Origin: the human T2T-CHM13v2.0 reference genome, Homo sapiens
DNA length: 64,000 bases
NCBI RefSeq assembly: GCF_009914755.1
Contig: NC_060926.1
Strand: one strand, 5' to 3'
Below the pieces are notes generated by a model, which was not told the origin of the DNA, did no database searches, and saw nothing but the letters and a program-made list of their open reading frames with translations. The position numbers were made by a program, and so were the translations under genes. Within the stretch, counting starts at the first letter, position 1. Each line of letters opens with the position of its first letter. Positions 40,605-54,789 of the stretch are shown here, piece after piece.

Positions 40605-40833
40605 CCGGGTGGGCGATGTACAGCCACAGGCCACATCCAGCCAGGCATCTATTTTTATGCAGGAAGCCCCACAGAATCACAGCCACTCCCGTCGCTGTGC
40701 GTGTTTTCTAGAGCTGCCTTTGCATTATGTCCAGCAAAGATGAGTGATTACAACAGAAACCTCAAGGCTCACAAGGACGAAACTATTCACTGTCTCACCT
40801 CCTACCATTGATGGAAAACGTCGGGCAGCCCTG
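40605..40833 (+). mobile_element. MER58A hAT-Charlie fossil
   Basis: caggccacatccagcc, cacagccactccc, aaactattcactgtct, terminal gcagccctg. Confidence 0.65.
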
Positions 40834-41339
40834 GAGCTGAAAGATGAATGTCTCAAAGGAAGATGTTCCTTCATAGCAGGCCGTTGGAATCAAACACAGC
40901 TTTAATTTGTGGAATTATTTGTTTAATAGCTCCTGTTTTAACCAAAGGTGAGAGAACCGGCATTTGTTCTGCCAGAGGATGAAGTTGATTTGCCTGCTCA
41001 GTGTCAGGGGACAGTCTGCTTCTTCCAGGGACAGTGTTACATCCCATACCTCAGTGCACCTTGAGCGGTGTCCAGGGGTGTGTAAGTCAGGACTGACACA
41101 TCACAGAGGCAGGGAGACCTGGACACCCCACCATCCAGAAACAACATTGGCCCAGCTTGGTTTTGCAGGGTAGCCCAGCCCAGGCCCTGTCTCCCTGCTA
41201 ACTCCACCCGTCGTCCCTCTCCAGGTCCCCCCGGCTGTGTGCTCTGTCAGCACCCCCAGAAGATCCAGTAAATGTCACACTAGGATGCTCCCCATGACCA
41301 AATTAGTCCTGACTGTGTGAGCTGCTCTCTGGCAGCCAT

Positions 41340-41825
41340 CACCTGCCAAGCCGCGGCTACACTGTCCGGAGTGCGTGTTTACCCTGAGAAAGCGTAGCCT
41401 AGTGCTTCTGAGGAACCGCAGACCCCTAGGCAGGAGCCAGGAGAAGACCGCCAAGCACGGCGAGGCCGGCCGTGCTACCAAATAAGGCACCTCTCCTGCA
41501 GGGAGCTGGGACCTAAGGGACTCGCGCTGGGCACGGGGCAGGCGGCGCCCATGTCCCCTTCCCACGGTGCCCAGAGGGCCTGTCCCATTTGTGAGCAGCT
41601 CCCAGGCCGTCCCCCAGCCAGGTGTCCCGTTCGAGGACGCGAGCTCTTCCACTTGTCCCTTGCCCGGGGCCCTGGCTTTCCCTGGGCTCCCCTCATGGTT
41701 CACCTGCTCTCACTAAGACGGGGCAAACGAATAACGGGGCTTTTGAACGAAAACGTGGTCGCAGGGCCATTCACAACAGTGTAAGGGGTTAAGACACCTC
41801 ACCCAAGAGCACGACTCCCGCCGCA
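41340..41825. promoter_or_regulatory. Small orphan CpG island, candidate enhancer or promoter, with CArG box
   Basis: About 32 CpG in ~480 GC-rich bp (hand count); CCAAATAAGG 41478-41487; TGTTTAC 41376-41382; E-boxes CAGGTG/CACCTG. Confidence 0.6.
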
Positions 41826-42690
41826 CCCACAGACATGCACACCAAACAAACCACACCACACACACACACATCACATAGAGACATGCACAACACACACACA
41901 CCACACCACAACATATCACACCACACACACACCACACACATCACATAGAGACATGCACAACACACACACACCACACCACAACATATCACACCACACACAC
42001 ACCACACACATCACACAGAGACACACACACCACACACACACCACACCACACCACACACACACAGGCACACACCACACACACCTCACAGAGACACACCTCA
42101 CGGAGACACACGCACCACACACACCCCGTACCACAACACACACACACCCCCAACACACCACACACACACAGCATACACACCACACAGACATATGTACCAC
42201 ACACACTCCACACCATACCACACATACACACACCATACACACCACACACACCATATACACCAGAGACACATGCACCACACACACCCCACATCACACCACA
42301 CACACACACACACACCATACACACCACACAGACACGTGCACCACACAACACACACATACACCATACATATGACACAGAAACACACACCATACACACCACA
42401 AAAATACCACATCACACACATCTCACACACCACAAACAGCATACAGTACAACACACACAACATACACATACATCACATACCACAATATAAAAACATAGAC
42501 ATCACAGACATACCACAGCACACATTACACCACACCCACACTACACGCAGCACATAGATGAACACACCACACACCCACACTGCACACAGATACACAAACC
42601 ACACCACACCCATGCACACCACATACAACAATATACACCACAACACACACCACATACACACAAACACCACATACATAAGCAGAAACACAC
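41826..42690. repeat. Imperfect CA-rich simple repeat containing an exact 70-bp tandem duplication (41871-42010)
   Basis: Read directly; source of the spurious His/Thr and Val/Cys ORFs. Confidence 0.95.
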
Positions 42691-43744
42691 AACAGAGGGG
42701 TGAATGTGTATGCTGGGAGGACCTCCGTGCAGCCCAGAGGAGACTCCATGCAGAGCCTCCAGGGCAGATGCTGCAGCCTGCGAGGAGACCTTCCCTGCAG
42801 ATCAGGTGACTGGGGTTGCTGATGACCCATTAGCACTTTATGAGTATTCAAAGGATTTTATCATGTACAAGATGCTCTTCAGAAATCATCCAATTTAAGT
42901 ACATTTGTTTATTTTGTGTATAAATAAAGGTGGGCTTGGTGTGGAAATCCTCCCCATGCAATACCCTCAAAGGGCCAAATCCAGTCCCAAGCATCCCTGT
43001 GCCCTCAGGTCCCCTGGGAGCCATACAGTGGAGCCCCTAGATATGTGGGCCACCACCCTTTCTCCTTCTCTAGCCACGTGGAAGTCTGAGGGGACATCGC
43101 CCCAGACACGGAATCTTCTGCCTGTGCCTCTGTGGCAGGAAGAACAAGGGCTTAGTCCCACTCTTGACACCACCAGGCCGGGCAGGTCCTTGCCCGGCTG
43201 CGCCTGGAGAAAAGGACAGTGCAGGTAGAAGAAACCAACCTTTCGGGCGCCAAGTCCATCTCCCAGGCACAGTCCACCGCGTGTGCCCAAGGCTTCGTTC
43301 ATTGAAGCTTCTAAATAGGAGATGGAGGGAGATGCATTTCTGGCTCCTGGTTGGGAGGTAGCGAGGGGAAAAAGAGAGAAAAAAGAGACAGAGCAAAATG
43401 TTCATAGACACCCACAGCACAGTGCTGAGGTGTGCAGGGGGAAGTTGTTCATCTACTTTGTGGGCCCACACGTGGGAGCAGGCAGCTGGCAGGGGCACAA
43501 ATGGGCGCATCGTTTCTATCGCTCATGCTGCATAGGCCTGGAGGAGCAGGGCTGGTGAGTATGCATAAGAAAACTGTTGAGCCCCACACCAGAAAACATG
43601 CCCGCATTGCATTCCAGTCAAGTGGTGTTCAAGGCAGCAAAAATGTCTGAGCTAATTCTAAGGACCAGAATTCTAATAGAGCCGGCCCCTTCTATTGGCT
43701 GGGAATGTTTGTTTTGAAACAGTGGGCTCATTTAAAGGGATCAT

Positions 43745-43970
43745 TGAAGAGATTCTTCAGGGCCCAGTTCAAATGTCATGACCTGTCTAAAATTATTTCT
43801 TCTGCATTTTTGTATCACCTTATATATAACCCCAGTATAATATTTACTATGAATTCTCTATGCAATACATTGTTCAGCGGTGTGCCTTGGAGACAGCAGG
43901 TGTTTGTTCAGTGTTTTTATTAAACGGAAGAGTGAATAGGTGGATGAATGAACAAATGACTGAATGACTG
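43745..43970 (+). mobile_element. L2 3' end
   Basis: ttcttcagggcccagttcaaatgtca...gtgccttggagacagcaggtgtt...gaatgaacaaatga. Confidence 0.55.
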
Positions 43971-44043
43971 CTTTGCAGGAAGGGTACCCAAGTGGGAAGA
44001 TGGAGCTTTGATCAGCTTGCACATTACTGTTTTAATTAGCTTA

Positions 44044-44391
44044 TGTATTAGTCCATTCTCACACTGCTATAAAGAACTGCCCAAGACTGGGTACTTTATA
44101 ACGGAAAGAGGTTTAATTGACTCACAGTTTTGCTTGGCTGGGGAAGCCTCAGGAAAGTTACAATCATGGCAGAAGGGAAGCAGGCGCCTTCTTCGCAAGG
44201 CGGCAGGAGAGAGTGTAAGTGAAGGCAGAAGGGCCCCTTATTAAACCATCAGATCTTGTGAGAACTTACCCACTCTCAGGAGAACAGCATGGGGGAAACC
44301 GCCCCATGATCCAATCACCTCCCTCCCTCAATATGTGGGGATTACAACTGGAGATGAGATTAGGGTGGATACACAGAGCCAAACCATATCA
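44044..44391 (-). mobile_element. THE1D/MSTA-like solo LTR
   Basis: tgtattagtccattctcacactgctataaag...gagccaaaccatatca; TSD gctta/gctca. Confidence 0.9.
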
Positions 44392-46719
44392 GCTCATGAA
44401 GAGAGCTGTGTAACCCAACAAAACATACTGGGCAAGAAACAACAAATTCTCAAATTAGTTTCCTAAAAATCAAAATATTAATGGTAGCAATGCTCAAGGC
44501 CAAAGCTAAGATGCCTGTGCAGAAACAGATAAAAAGTTAACTTGGCAATGCCTGCCGTGGTATAATTTCACATCTGTCAATTGTTTTTGTTTGCTTAAAG
44601 TTGAAGAAATAGACCAAAGACCAATTGTAAAGTTGTGAAGAAAATTCACTAGATGAAAAAAAGTAAAAACCTCAGATTATGTAGTGCTTTCCCCTAAATA
44701 TTGGTAACTCTGCAGCTGCCAACAAACAGGACAGCATGTGAACATTTTTGCATTTAGAAAGTATTTGAATTTTAACTTGCAAAAGAAAACAAAATTATAT
44801 CTGTTGCATTTTCAAGACAATTTTTAAGTAAAAAAAAAAAAAAAAAAAACAGCCATGGAAAAGGCTGTGAAAAGCTATGATTGCTGCTCTGAGGATCTGG
44901 GCTTTTTCTTCTCAGTACTGTAGTGAAAACAGAAATGAAAACCTTGAAAAGTAGGGGAAAACCCACATTCCATTAAGATCCTGGCAGCGGGTGCAACAAT
45001 TATTCTAGAACCCGCAGCAGCCTTTTCATTTGTATCTAAGGAATGGTGGATGGACTCCCTCTATGATCTAACTTTCCTCATCCATGTGAGATTCATAGCA
45101 GGCCAGCAGATCACCACTTTTACTCATCCTCAAATGAGAAGCTGAAGCTCCGAGGTCGGGAAAACTGCACCATCCCCCATCGTTAACATGTGATGGGACC
45201 AGGATCCCAGTCCACCTTTCCCAAACCCAAATCCAGTGCTCTGTCTGGGTCCCCGCTGGCCAAGGGTCAGCAGAGCAAGCCCTCTGTCAGGTTCTACCCC
45301 TCCATAGCCTCCACACTGCAATAATTCCTGTGAGATATTCCAAAGCTCACTTTGTCTTATAATCTATATTGACATTAACTAAGAAAAGTAAAAACATATA
45401 AAGAAAATAATAAAATGATCAACTCAATCGCAAAAGTCACTATACTCAAAAACCACAAGTTAGCGACCTTACTGTACAGATCACTCTGCTAGATTGCTTT
45501 TGTTTGTCCCCATCCTATGGATGATGAAGATAAGGTGCAAATAATGATGAAATAAGGCTTAAAATTTCTAACCTAACCTTTGGGTTTTCCTTCACACACC
45601 CTTTAGAAATATATTTGTTAGATGTGATTTTGCCATATCCTAGTTTTCCTTTGTTGTCTAAAGTATTTTGAAATTCTAAACTGTCCCTTGATGACAGCAC
45701 TCAGGGAACTGGCGAAGGGACATGAGATTTGGACAGAGGGAGGACGATGTGGCCAGGTGCTGGCCTTCCATGGCAAGGGCTGATGGACATAAATACAAAG
45801 GCTAGAAAACTGAAGAGGCTACATGATGAAGATTCATTAAGCCAGCACATAGACAAACAAAGCTAGGTAAGAACAATGCAGCACACCCCAGAGCAATTAA
45901 AGCTCATGCACAGCCTTGTTGGGCAGGGCAATTGATTTTAGCAGGCTTGGAACAAGAACGGGCCTCAGGCATGCTATTTTGCAGACAGAATAAAAGAACA
46001 TCAGAAAAGAAAAGTGACTTGCCCAAGTTCACAGTCAGTTAAGTCAACGATGGGGCAAAAGCTCAGGCCTCTGGGTGCTTTCTCAGTATGGCTTTTATCT
46101 GCACCTGATTTCACAAAACAGACTGGAATGTGCTGAGAGGCTGCCAGGCAGGTGGTCAGCATCCATGCAGTGGGTGCTCTCACCAATGCCACACCTGGAG
46201 AGGAGGAGGGCAAAGCAGATGTCGTCCGGGTGATTTTCAGCCCTGGGCCCTTCCCCGTTCACACCTCAGGCTTCTCAGCATGTATTGCTTTGCCATGCTT
46301 TCCTCAGCTTACAGTAATAACTCCTTTTGCCTGCCACCCACACTGACATGAGCCCCCACTTAGAGATGGCTTCGTGAATATTTCAAATTTTATCAGGTGC
46401 TTTAATTAAATCATTGACATTTATGTCAGAGAGTACAAGACTGAAGTTCACTGAGGGTGGTCGTCTTGCCCAGGGTCATCGAACTGGAACTGGCACAGCC
46501 AGGATTTGCACCTAAACCTGTTGGACTCCAAGGCCCATGTTCTCTCTACTTAGAGGATAACAGCCAAGACTTCTGATTTCCTACCAGTTTCAGAAAATAT
46601 GGAGCTCCCACAGCATAGGAATTCTCTCCATAACAGAATGTTATGGCTAAAAGCATGACCCATCTAAAATTCAATTTCGAGTATTTATTTAACAAATAAC
46701 TACAGTACTTCATTAACTA

Positions 46720-46980
46720 CTATAGCAGATATTTAATAAACAACGTTGTAATATGTGCCATTCAAAGCACTTTACATATATTGAAGCTTTTTGTCTTCCT
46801 AAAAACGACATAAAGTAGGAACTATCATTTTTCCATTTTACTGATGACAATACTGAGGCTCAGAGACATCCAATAGATTACCTAGAATTACATGGCTGGT
46901 AGGTGGAAGAACTGGTATTCAAATCCAGGCAGCCTGGCTCTACACTCTTGGCTTTTAATCGCTAAGCCATACTCCCCTCT
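46720..46980 (-). mobile_element. MIR, near full length
   Basis: ccattttactgatgacaatactgaggctcagaga...ggtattcaaatccaggcagcctggctc. Confidence 0.85.
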
Positions 46981-47982
46981 CTAGTTTTGTAGAAATCTTA
47001 ATAGAATGGAGTATGCATGTCTTTGCCTTCTCAAATTGAGAATAGTGAACCTAGTTGAGCCTTCTGCTTATAATTCAAGGTGACCCACATGAATTTGGAA
47101 CATTACATCCACTACAGCATGCCTAATACTACCCTCAGACATTTTAGATTGCAAGAGTAAATTTCCCCCAAGACTGGCCCCAGATTGCTGTTCTTATGAA
47201 GTTCTTTCCAATTTTTAAAGCTCTTCTATTTATTTCTTCTGCTATCTTCCCTCAGCGACTATGGCTATCTATATATATTATTCATGACCTTGCTTTAAAA
47301 GGAATTATCTGGTTCTGTGTCTCTGCAAGATTATCTTGCCTTCTAACACAGCAAAACACATCAGCTTTATGACAGCAATACTTTCTCAAAATTTTTTTCT
47401 AGACCCAGTGGCATGTCCCAGCTTGATGTGGCTCCATAAGTGTGTGATATTGTTTAAGATTCTGCTCAAATGGACTCCCTGATTCTGAACCTTGGGAAGG
47501 AAGGGTATCAGCAGCATCGGAAGGGAGGCTCTCTGGAGTTTTTCTATGGAGGAAGTCGCCACACACACAAATGCCGCATTGTCAACTCTCTAGAACACAG
47601 TCATCTCACAACTGTGGAATGTCCCTCCTTGCCAAACCCTCAGGACGACAGCAGTTGAAACTTTCATATACGGAGGAGTGGAGGCTCCTACGGAAGAAAA
47701 GAGGAAGAGCCAGTGCTTGATGCAGGCTTTTGACACTTCAAGTTGGGCAATGTTTTTGGTTTCAGCAAAGTTGCTAAAAACCACAATTCCCAAGGTTGGC
47801 CTGAACTTTGATTCAGAGCTTGAATTGCTAAGAAAGGTGGGGCTGGCCACAGGTTTCACTTGGCAGCAGCTCGCTTCTTCCCTGTGGGCGGCTACCCCTG
47901 CTGTCCTTTTCCATGCGGAGTTCCTGGCCATGGGTCCATGGTCAGTAGGTGCTTCTCTCTTACACCCTGGGTCACAGCACAG

Positions 47983-48151
47983 CAGTGGCTCTCAAGGCGG
48001 GCCCCCCTGGCCAGCCACAGCAGCATCACCTAGAATCTGTTAGAAATGCAAATTCCCTACTGAATCAGAAACTCTGGTGCTGGGGCCCAGCAAGCTGTGT
48101 TTTAACAAGTGCCAAAGGTGATCTGAAGCACCTGCAAGTCTGAGAACCATG
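47983..48151. mobile_element. MER5A hAT-Charlie fossil
   Basis: cagtggctctcaa...gcagcatcacctagaatctgttagaaatgcaaatt...ctactgaatcagaaactctgg...tgagaaccatg. Confidence 0.85.
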
Positions 48152-48934
48152 ACAATAGAAGAAAAGGAAATGCAGACAAATGAGAAGAAAAAAGTGAATT
48201 TAGAAATAAAGGGAAGATTCAAGCCCAGTGAGTGACCCCTGTCATCAGAGGGGTGTGGCAGGTGGCCCTACAAGAGCTTCACAGCGCAAGTCAACTTCCC
48301 ATGAGCCCAGACAGGTCTACAGATGTGGCTCTCCAGACTCTATGTTGAGAGGAATGTTGAGGCCATACCTCAGAAGGAAATCACACAGAGACAAATAAGC
48401 AAGGCTGTGTGGGCCAGGAGGAGCAGGGGACAACCTGCCAATTTGCCCCTAAGGGCGAGAAATTGAAACTGGGGTTAGAGAGTTAGACAAGCACCTTGGA
48501 TAGAGCCCTATAGTGTTTTTTGTTTTTGTTTGTTTGTTTGTTTGTTTTTTTACTGAGCAGGTCTTACTATGGTAACACCTGGTCATAAAATTCTAAAATC
48601 ATTTGTTTAGAAAAGGATATGGCAATTCACTGAGCCCAGTTCCCCAGCCATGGTCTCCAGCACACTTCCACTAAGAAGCCCCTAGCAATGGAAGGTCAGC
48701 TGTCTCTAAAAGCTGTGCATTCTATCTTTGGAGAAATGTGGACCTGAAACGTTTCTGCAGACATCCTGGCCCTCCCTGAAAGTTTTACCCTATGAGGGAC
48801 TCAACAGAGGTGATTTGACATTAGGACACTCTGATGCACACATGCACACAGTAGTTCTCAGAAATGTGACTTTCTTTCTTTCTTTCTTTATGACAGTCCT
48901 TCCTCTAGGGTGCTGGGCATGCCTTCGTTTCTCT

Positions 48935-49520
48935 ATTCTGTGAGTACTTGTGCTCATGGGGCCTGCGCTGGGTGCTGAAGAGACATTGCTCAGGTGAGCA
49001 AAACAATCAGGGGCCTGCCTTCTGGAAATTGAATCTAATAGGAGCATCAGATATTAAACAGCTAGAAAAATACATATTAAATTTTCAGTGTGACAAGTAT
49101 ATAAAATAAAAAATTCCACAAGAAATCTTATCAAGTTCCTTTCCATGAAAAGAACGAACTTGAATTGTTATTGTCTGTCTTGCGTTGAGTCTTTGGACTC
49201 ATTGTTAATTGATCCAATGTCATTTTAGCCAGCTCTTAACCTCCACACTTTTTCTTCCTTCATAGGAAAATTCCACTGCCACAAAAAGTACAAGGAAATA
49301 TGCTATGCAATCCTACCTTTATGAAATTTACAATCTAGTATAGGAGATGAACTTAAAATAATTGTAAGGAAGCTGTGAACCATTTCTGCAATACATGTTT
49401 AAGCGTGGAAGGGAGAGTTGCGAAGAAGGCATTAACAGCAACTCACGGAAAGCTTCAGTGGGAAGGTGGGATGTGAGCTGAGTCTTTTAGGATGAGCAAA
49501 ATGTGAAAGGTAAGCAAAAC
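48935..49520 (-). mobile_element. L2 fragments
   Basis: ggtgagcaaaacaatcaggggcctgccttctggaaattgaatcta; tgagctgagtcttttaggatgagca. Confidence 0.5.
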
Positions 49521-49544
49521 AGAGCAGCCTCTGCTGTGTGTGGC

Positions 49545-49602
49545 GGGGTGGGGGGGTTGTGGGGGGAAGGAGGGGAGGGAGGGGAGAGAGAGAGAGAGAG
49601 AG
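49545..49602 (+). repeat. G-rich tract followed by (GA)n, G-quadruplex-competent
   Basis: Six runs of at least 3 G between 49545 and 49584. Confidence 0.75.
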
Positions 49603-50641
49603 GTTTCTATCTTAATAATAGAGATGTTATAGTGAAAATGGCACACAAAATGCACCAACAAGATCTGTTTTTTTTTTTTAGGCCCTTCAACTATTTTTTT
49701 AGGCCCTTCTTGCTTGTATTTTATGATTTACAAATTTTCATACTTTTGTAATCAGGAAAAATAAATATGATATCAAACTTAAAGTTAAAAAATGCATCCA
49801 AAGGCACTGACGTACGCCAGGCAGGCAACTTCATTCTCCCATGTGTCCAACACAGAACTCACAAGACTCTTGGCTGGATGTCCTCTTTTCAGGAAAGAAG
49901 GTTCATTTTTAGAGATAATTACACACTGTGTAAGCATAGAAGTCTCCCTTTTATTCTGAATGGTTTCCTGAAAACGCTGTAACTACTGCATTTAGTTGTG
50001 GCAAACTTGGGTGTTCAAGAGGCATGGAACAGCCAGAAAGGGTTCATAAAGCCTGGGCCAGATTCAGCACAAAGATTTTTCTAGGCTCAAAAAAGGGTCT
50101 GTAACTGGACCAGACTGATCTGAGCACCTCCTCATACTTTCTGGCTGTTTCTGATCTATCCTCGACATGTTACACCGTATTCTTGTTTAATCTTTATAGC
50201 ACAGAGGGGATAAAGAACACAGAGGCTTAGGAAGATGAGGGTGGTCGGTGGGTATCACATCGCTACCTTGATCCAGGCCTGTCTCCGCTCTCCGCTGAAC
50301 CAAGCTTACACCATGGGGTGCTCATCCTGGCCTTGCTCTCTGAGGAACTTTCCAATAGTAGGTGCATTTATTTTAAGGCAAAACAAGAATCTGTCTGTAA
50401 GTACATCTTGGAGTGTGAGGGTCGAGACGGCTGATGCTGTCTGTGTCTATTGGTTCTGTCAGTGCCTGTTTGAAAAAGAGGCTGGTATTTTATCAGTTTT
50501 ATCTTTGTTGATTCCAAGATGTTTGTCTCGTGATTGCATTTTCTTCCATGGCTAAATATTTCTGAGGGGTTTTAAAGTCATAATAATTGATATCCTTTCA
50601 AACATGCTTTCTCCTGTTTTTCTGTTTTTGACTGAAACTGA

Positions 50642-50968
<327 letters not shown>

Positions 50969-51825
50969 AATTTCTGTCTTCTTATAAGCTCATTTTGGGG
51001 GTGAAAGCCTCTTTCATTTCTCCTCTGGCTTCTGGGCGCTCTCATCTTCCTCCCTGACGACCAGGCATGCATGAGAAGCAGAGACTGCCCAGCGTGAACC
51101 TGATCTGTGTCTGCTGCTGGATTCTGACCCAACTGGGGATGCCTGTGCACTGGAGGGCAAGGATACCTGAAGGTGTTTTCACAGGGGATTTGGGGACTGC
51201 TTAGAAAGAGCTAAGCTGGAGCAGGGCCTAACATAAAGAGCACAAACTAGAGATTCTCTCTGGTTGTTTAGGAGGAAAAGTGACGGAAGTAGATGTTGCT
51301 TAACTCGCTCCAGACCTCACCTCCACTGTGCAATGACACAGTGCTCACAAATGGCTGGTGGAGACCCGAACTGGAGCCAGAGGCCAGGCAGGATACTGCT
51401 TCGTGGGAGGATGAAGAAGGGCTTTGTACTACCTGCCCCAACTTCGACACCATTTGCAGATGAAGCTCCAAGAAACATGAAAACCAGACAGCTATAGCGC
51501 TTTGGGTGGAGTGTGCTGCTGGGCACAGCAAATATAAATGGCCTTAAAGAAAAAGCAGAATGGACAATGAATGCCATCCCTTAAAGCGACGTCTTTGCTG
51601 CAGCCTCTTCATTTGCCCTCGGATTAATGCGTGATAGTTTCCTGTCCCTGGTACTTGGGGCTGTGCAGTGAGGTGAGTAGGACGTTACCTCTGGGGGGTG
51701 GAGGAGAATCAGATAAACTCAGCCAGACCAAAGAGTGAGTGACTGAAGTTCTCTGGAAGGACAGGCTTCAGTCCTGGGATTGAGGGTAGCAGTTAAGGGT
51801 CCATTTGGCTTAAGGCAGAGAAAGG

Positions 51826-52191
51826 TATGTTAGCCTGTGAGGGCTGCCATAACAAAGTCCCACAGACGTGATGTCCTAAACAATAGTAATTCATTTCTCA
51901 GAGTTCTAGAGGCTCAAGTCCAAGGTTAAGAAGTCAGCAGGGTTGGTTCTTCTGGAGGCCTGTCTTCTTGGCTCTCAGACGCCACCTTCCTGCTCTGTCC
52001 TCATGTGGCCTCTCCTCTGTACACAATCACCCTCTCCCCTGGTGCCTTCCCCTTCTTACCGGGACACCAGTCAGATTGGATTAGGGCTATCAGTGTGATC
52101 TCATTTTACCTTAATTACTTCTTTAAAAGCTTTATCCTTAAATATCATCACAGTGGGGTTAGGGCCTCAACACACAATTCAGTTCATAAGA
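51826..52191 (-). mobile_element. MLT1A/B-like solo LTR
   Basis: gggctgccataacaaagt.ccacagac, gggacaccagtcagattggattaggg, cacaattcagttcataa. Confidence 0.8.
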
Positions 52192-52253
52192 AAATGGGAC
52201 ACCAATGAAAAAATGCCAGGCATCCAGAATAGAACTAGATAACAAAAGTGCTA

Positions 52254-52715
<462 letters not shown>

Positions 52716-53120
52716 TTAGTCAACTGTGCCACCCTTTCCTAGAAATAGTTTAATCAGATAGCAAAAATATATATACAACAACAAAACATAAATATTAAAA
52801 TTCAAAGTGAAGTAAAAATAAAGGAAAACAGTAAAAGGTAACGCAGTGGAGAAAATGATCATAGTACAGAAAAATTCATACAGAGAGCTTTCTCATAGTT
52901 ACCAACTGTTTCCTCCAACGTTCTGTCTAAGCCCCTCATAACCAAAGCAATAGGACCACATAACCAGTTTTAAGCCTTGTATTGTTCATGGGAACAACTG
53001 GAAGCTCCGCTGAGGGTTCACCATGTTTGTCATCGCCTCCCCAGCACTTCTCACAGCCCCTGACATGGCACTAGATGGCGGTTAATAGATGGACGATGAA
53101 GAACATGAATGATGCATAAG

Positions 53121-53773
<653 letters not shown>

Positions 53774-53899
53774 ACAAGTTAATTCATTTTTTAGCACTCA
53801 GATGTGAGGGACATTTCTCTTGCACATCTAAAAGACAGCACAATGATGAAGTGAAATGTATGTGGCTGTTATTGTTCTAATAGATTAGAAGGTATTAGT

Positions 53900-53992
53900 A
53901 AACAAGTGTCTCAGTATTTAATGTGCATATGAATCACCCAGGGGTCTTGTAAAAGTAAAAACTTGGATTCAGTATGTCCAGGGTGGGAGCCT
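53900..53992. mobile_element. MER5 fragment
   Basis: atgtgcatatgaatcacccaggggtcttgtaaaa...gattcagtatgtccagggtggg. Confidence 0.6.
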
Positions 53993-54789
53993 CCAGGTGT
54001 CTGGCCCCTTAGCCCACAGCTAAAGAGGGAGCTCTTAGAGTCTTTCTCAACACCACCTATGGAGATAAGGACAAATAACTTGTGGGGTCACCCTAGCTAC
54101 AGGAGCTACCTTCCCTCTATTCTCTCAGAGCCTACCGTCGGGGGTCACAGGTCCTGGAGCTCTGCTGGATGGTCCTACGGGCTCCACCCCTAAAAGACTG
54201 TCTTTGTGATTTAAGGAGGCAGCCAAAGTGACTGCCTCTAGCTTCCCTGTGACCTGTGTTCTGGAGGAGGTAAAGAGTGGGTCTAGACTAGCCCAGCTAC
54301 TCTGAATGTAGTTCTTCATTCTTTTGCAAATCACACCAGTGGTGGCCCATGGATCACTGCTCTCTATTTTTTGCAACTATAAATTTGAGGCTCCTCTGGG
54401 GCCCCCTTGGGCAGGCAGCATGCTCCAGCCTCTAGTGTTGGGCTGCGATCTCTAATTCTTTCTTTTTTTTCTATCAATCCATTTCAATCTGCTTTCTATC
54501 TCCCAAGATATCTCAAAATATCTGGTCCACTGCCGGCTCCCTTCCTTATGTTTAAGCAAAGTTCTATATTTTCTGCCAATTCAATGGGTAATTGGGGAAA
54601 GAGAAGTAGTTACAATGTTCAGTCCACTTTCGTGATCCAGAAATCTGGGCCATTTTCAAAGGCTCTGCATGTGGTTCTTAAATATTATGCTGAATCAACA
54701 AAGAGCGTGTTGCCAAACTGAAAATCTCGTGCAGTTGGCTGCTTCTCCATCGTAGCTCAGAACAAGGGTACACAATAAAGTGATGTGAC

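Noticed and set aside
41713-42851. Cluster of His/Thr-rich and Val/Cys-rich ORFs
   Set aside because: Translations of a stop-poor CA/TG simple repeat.
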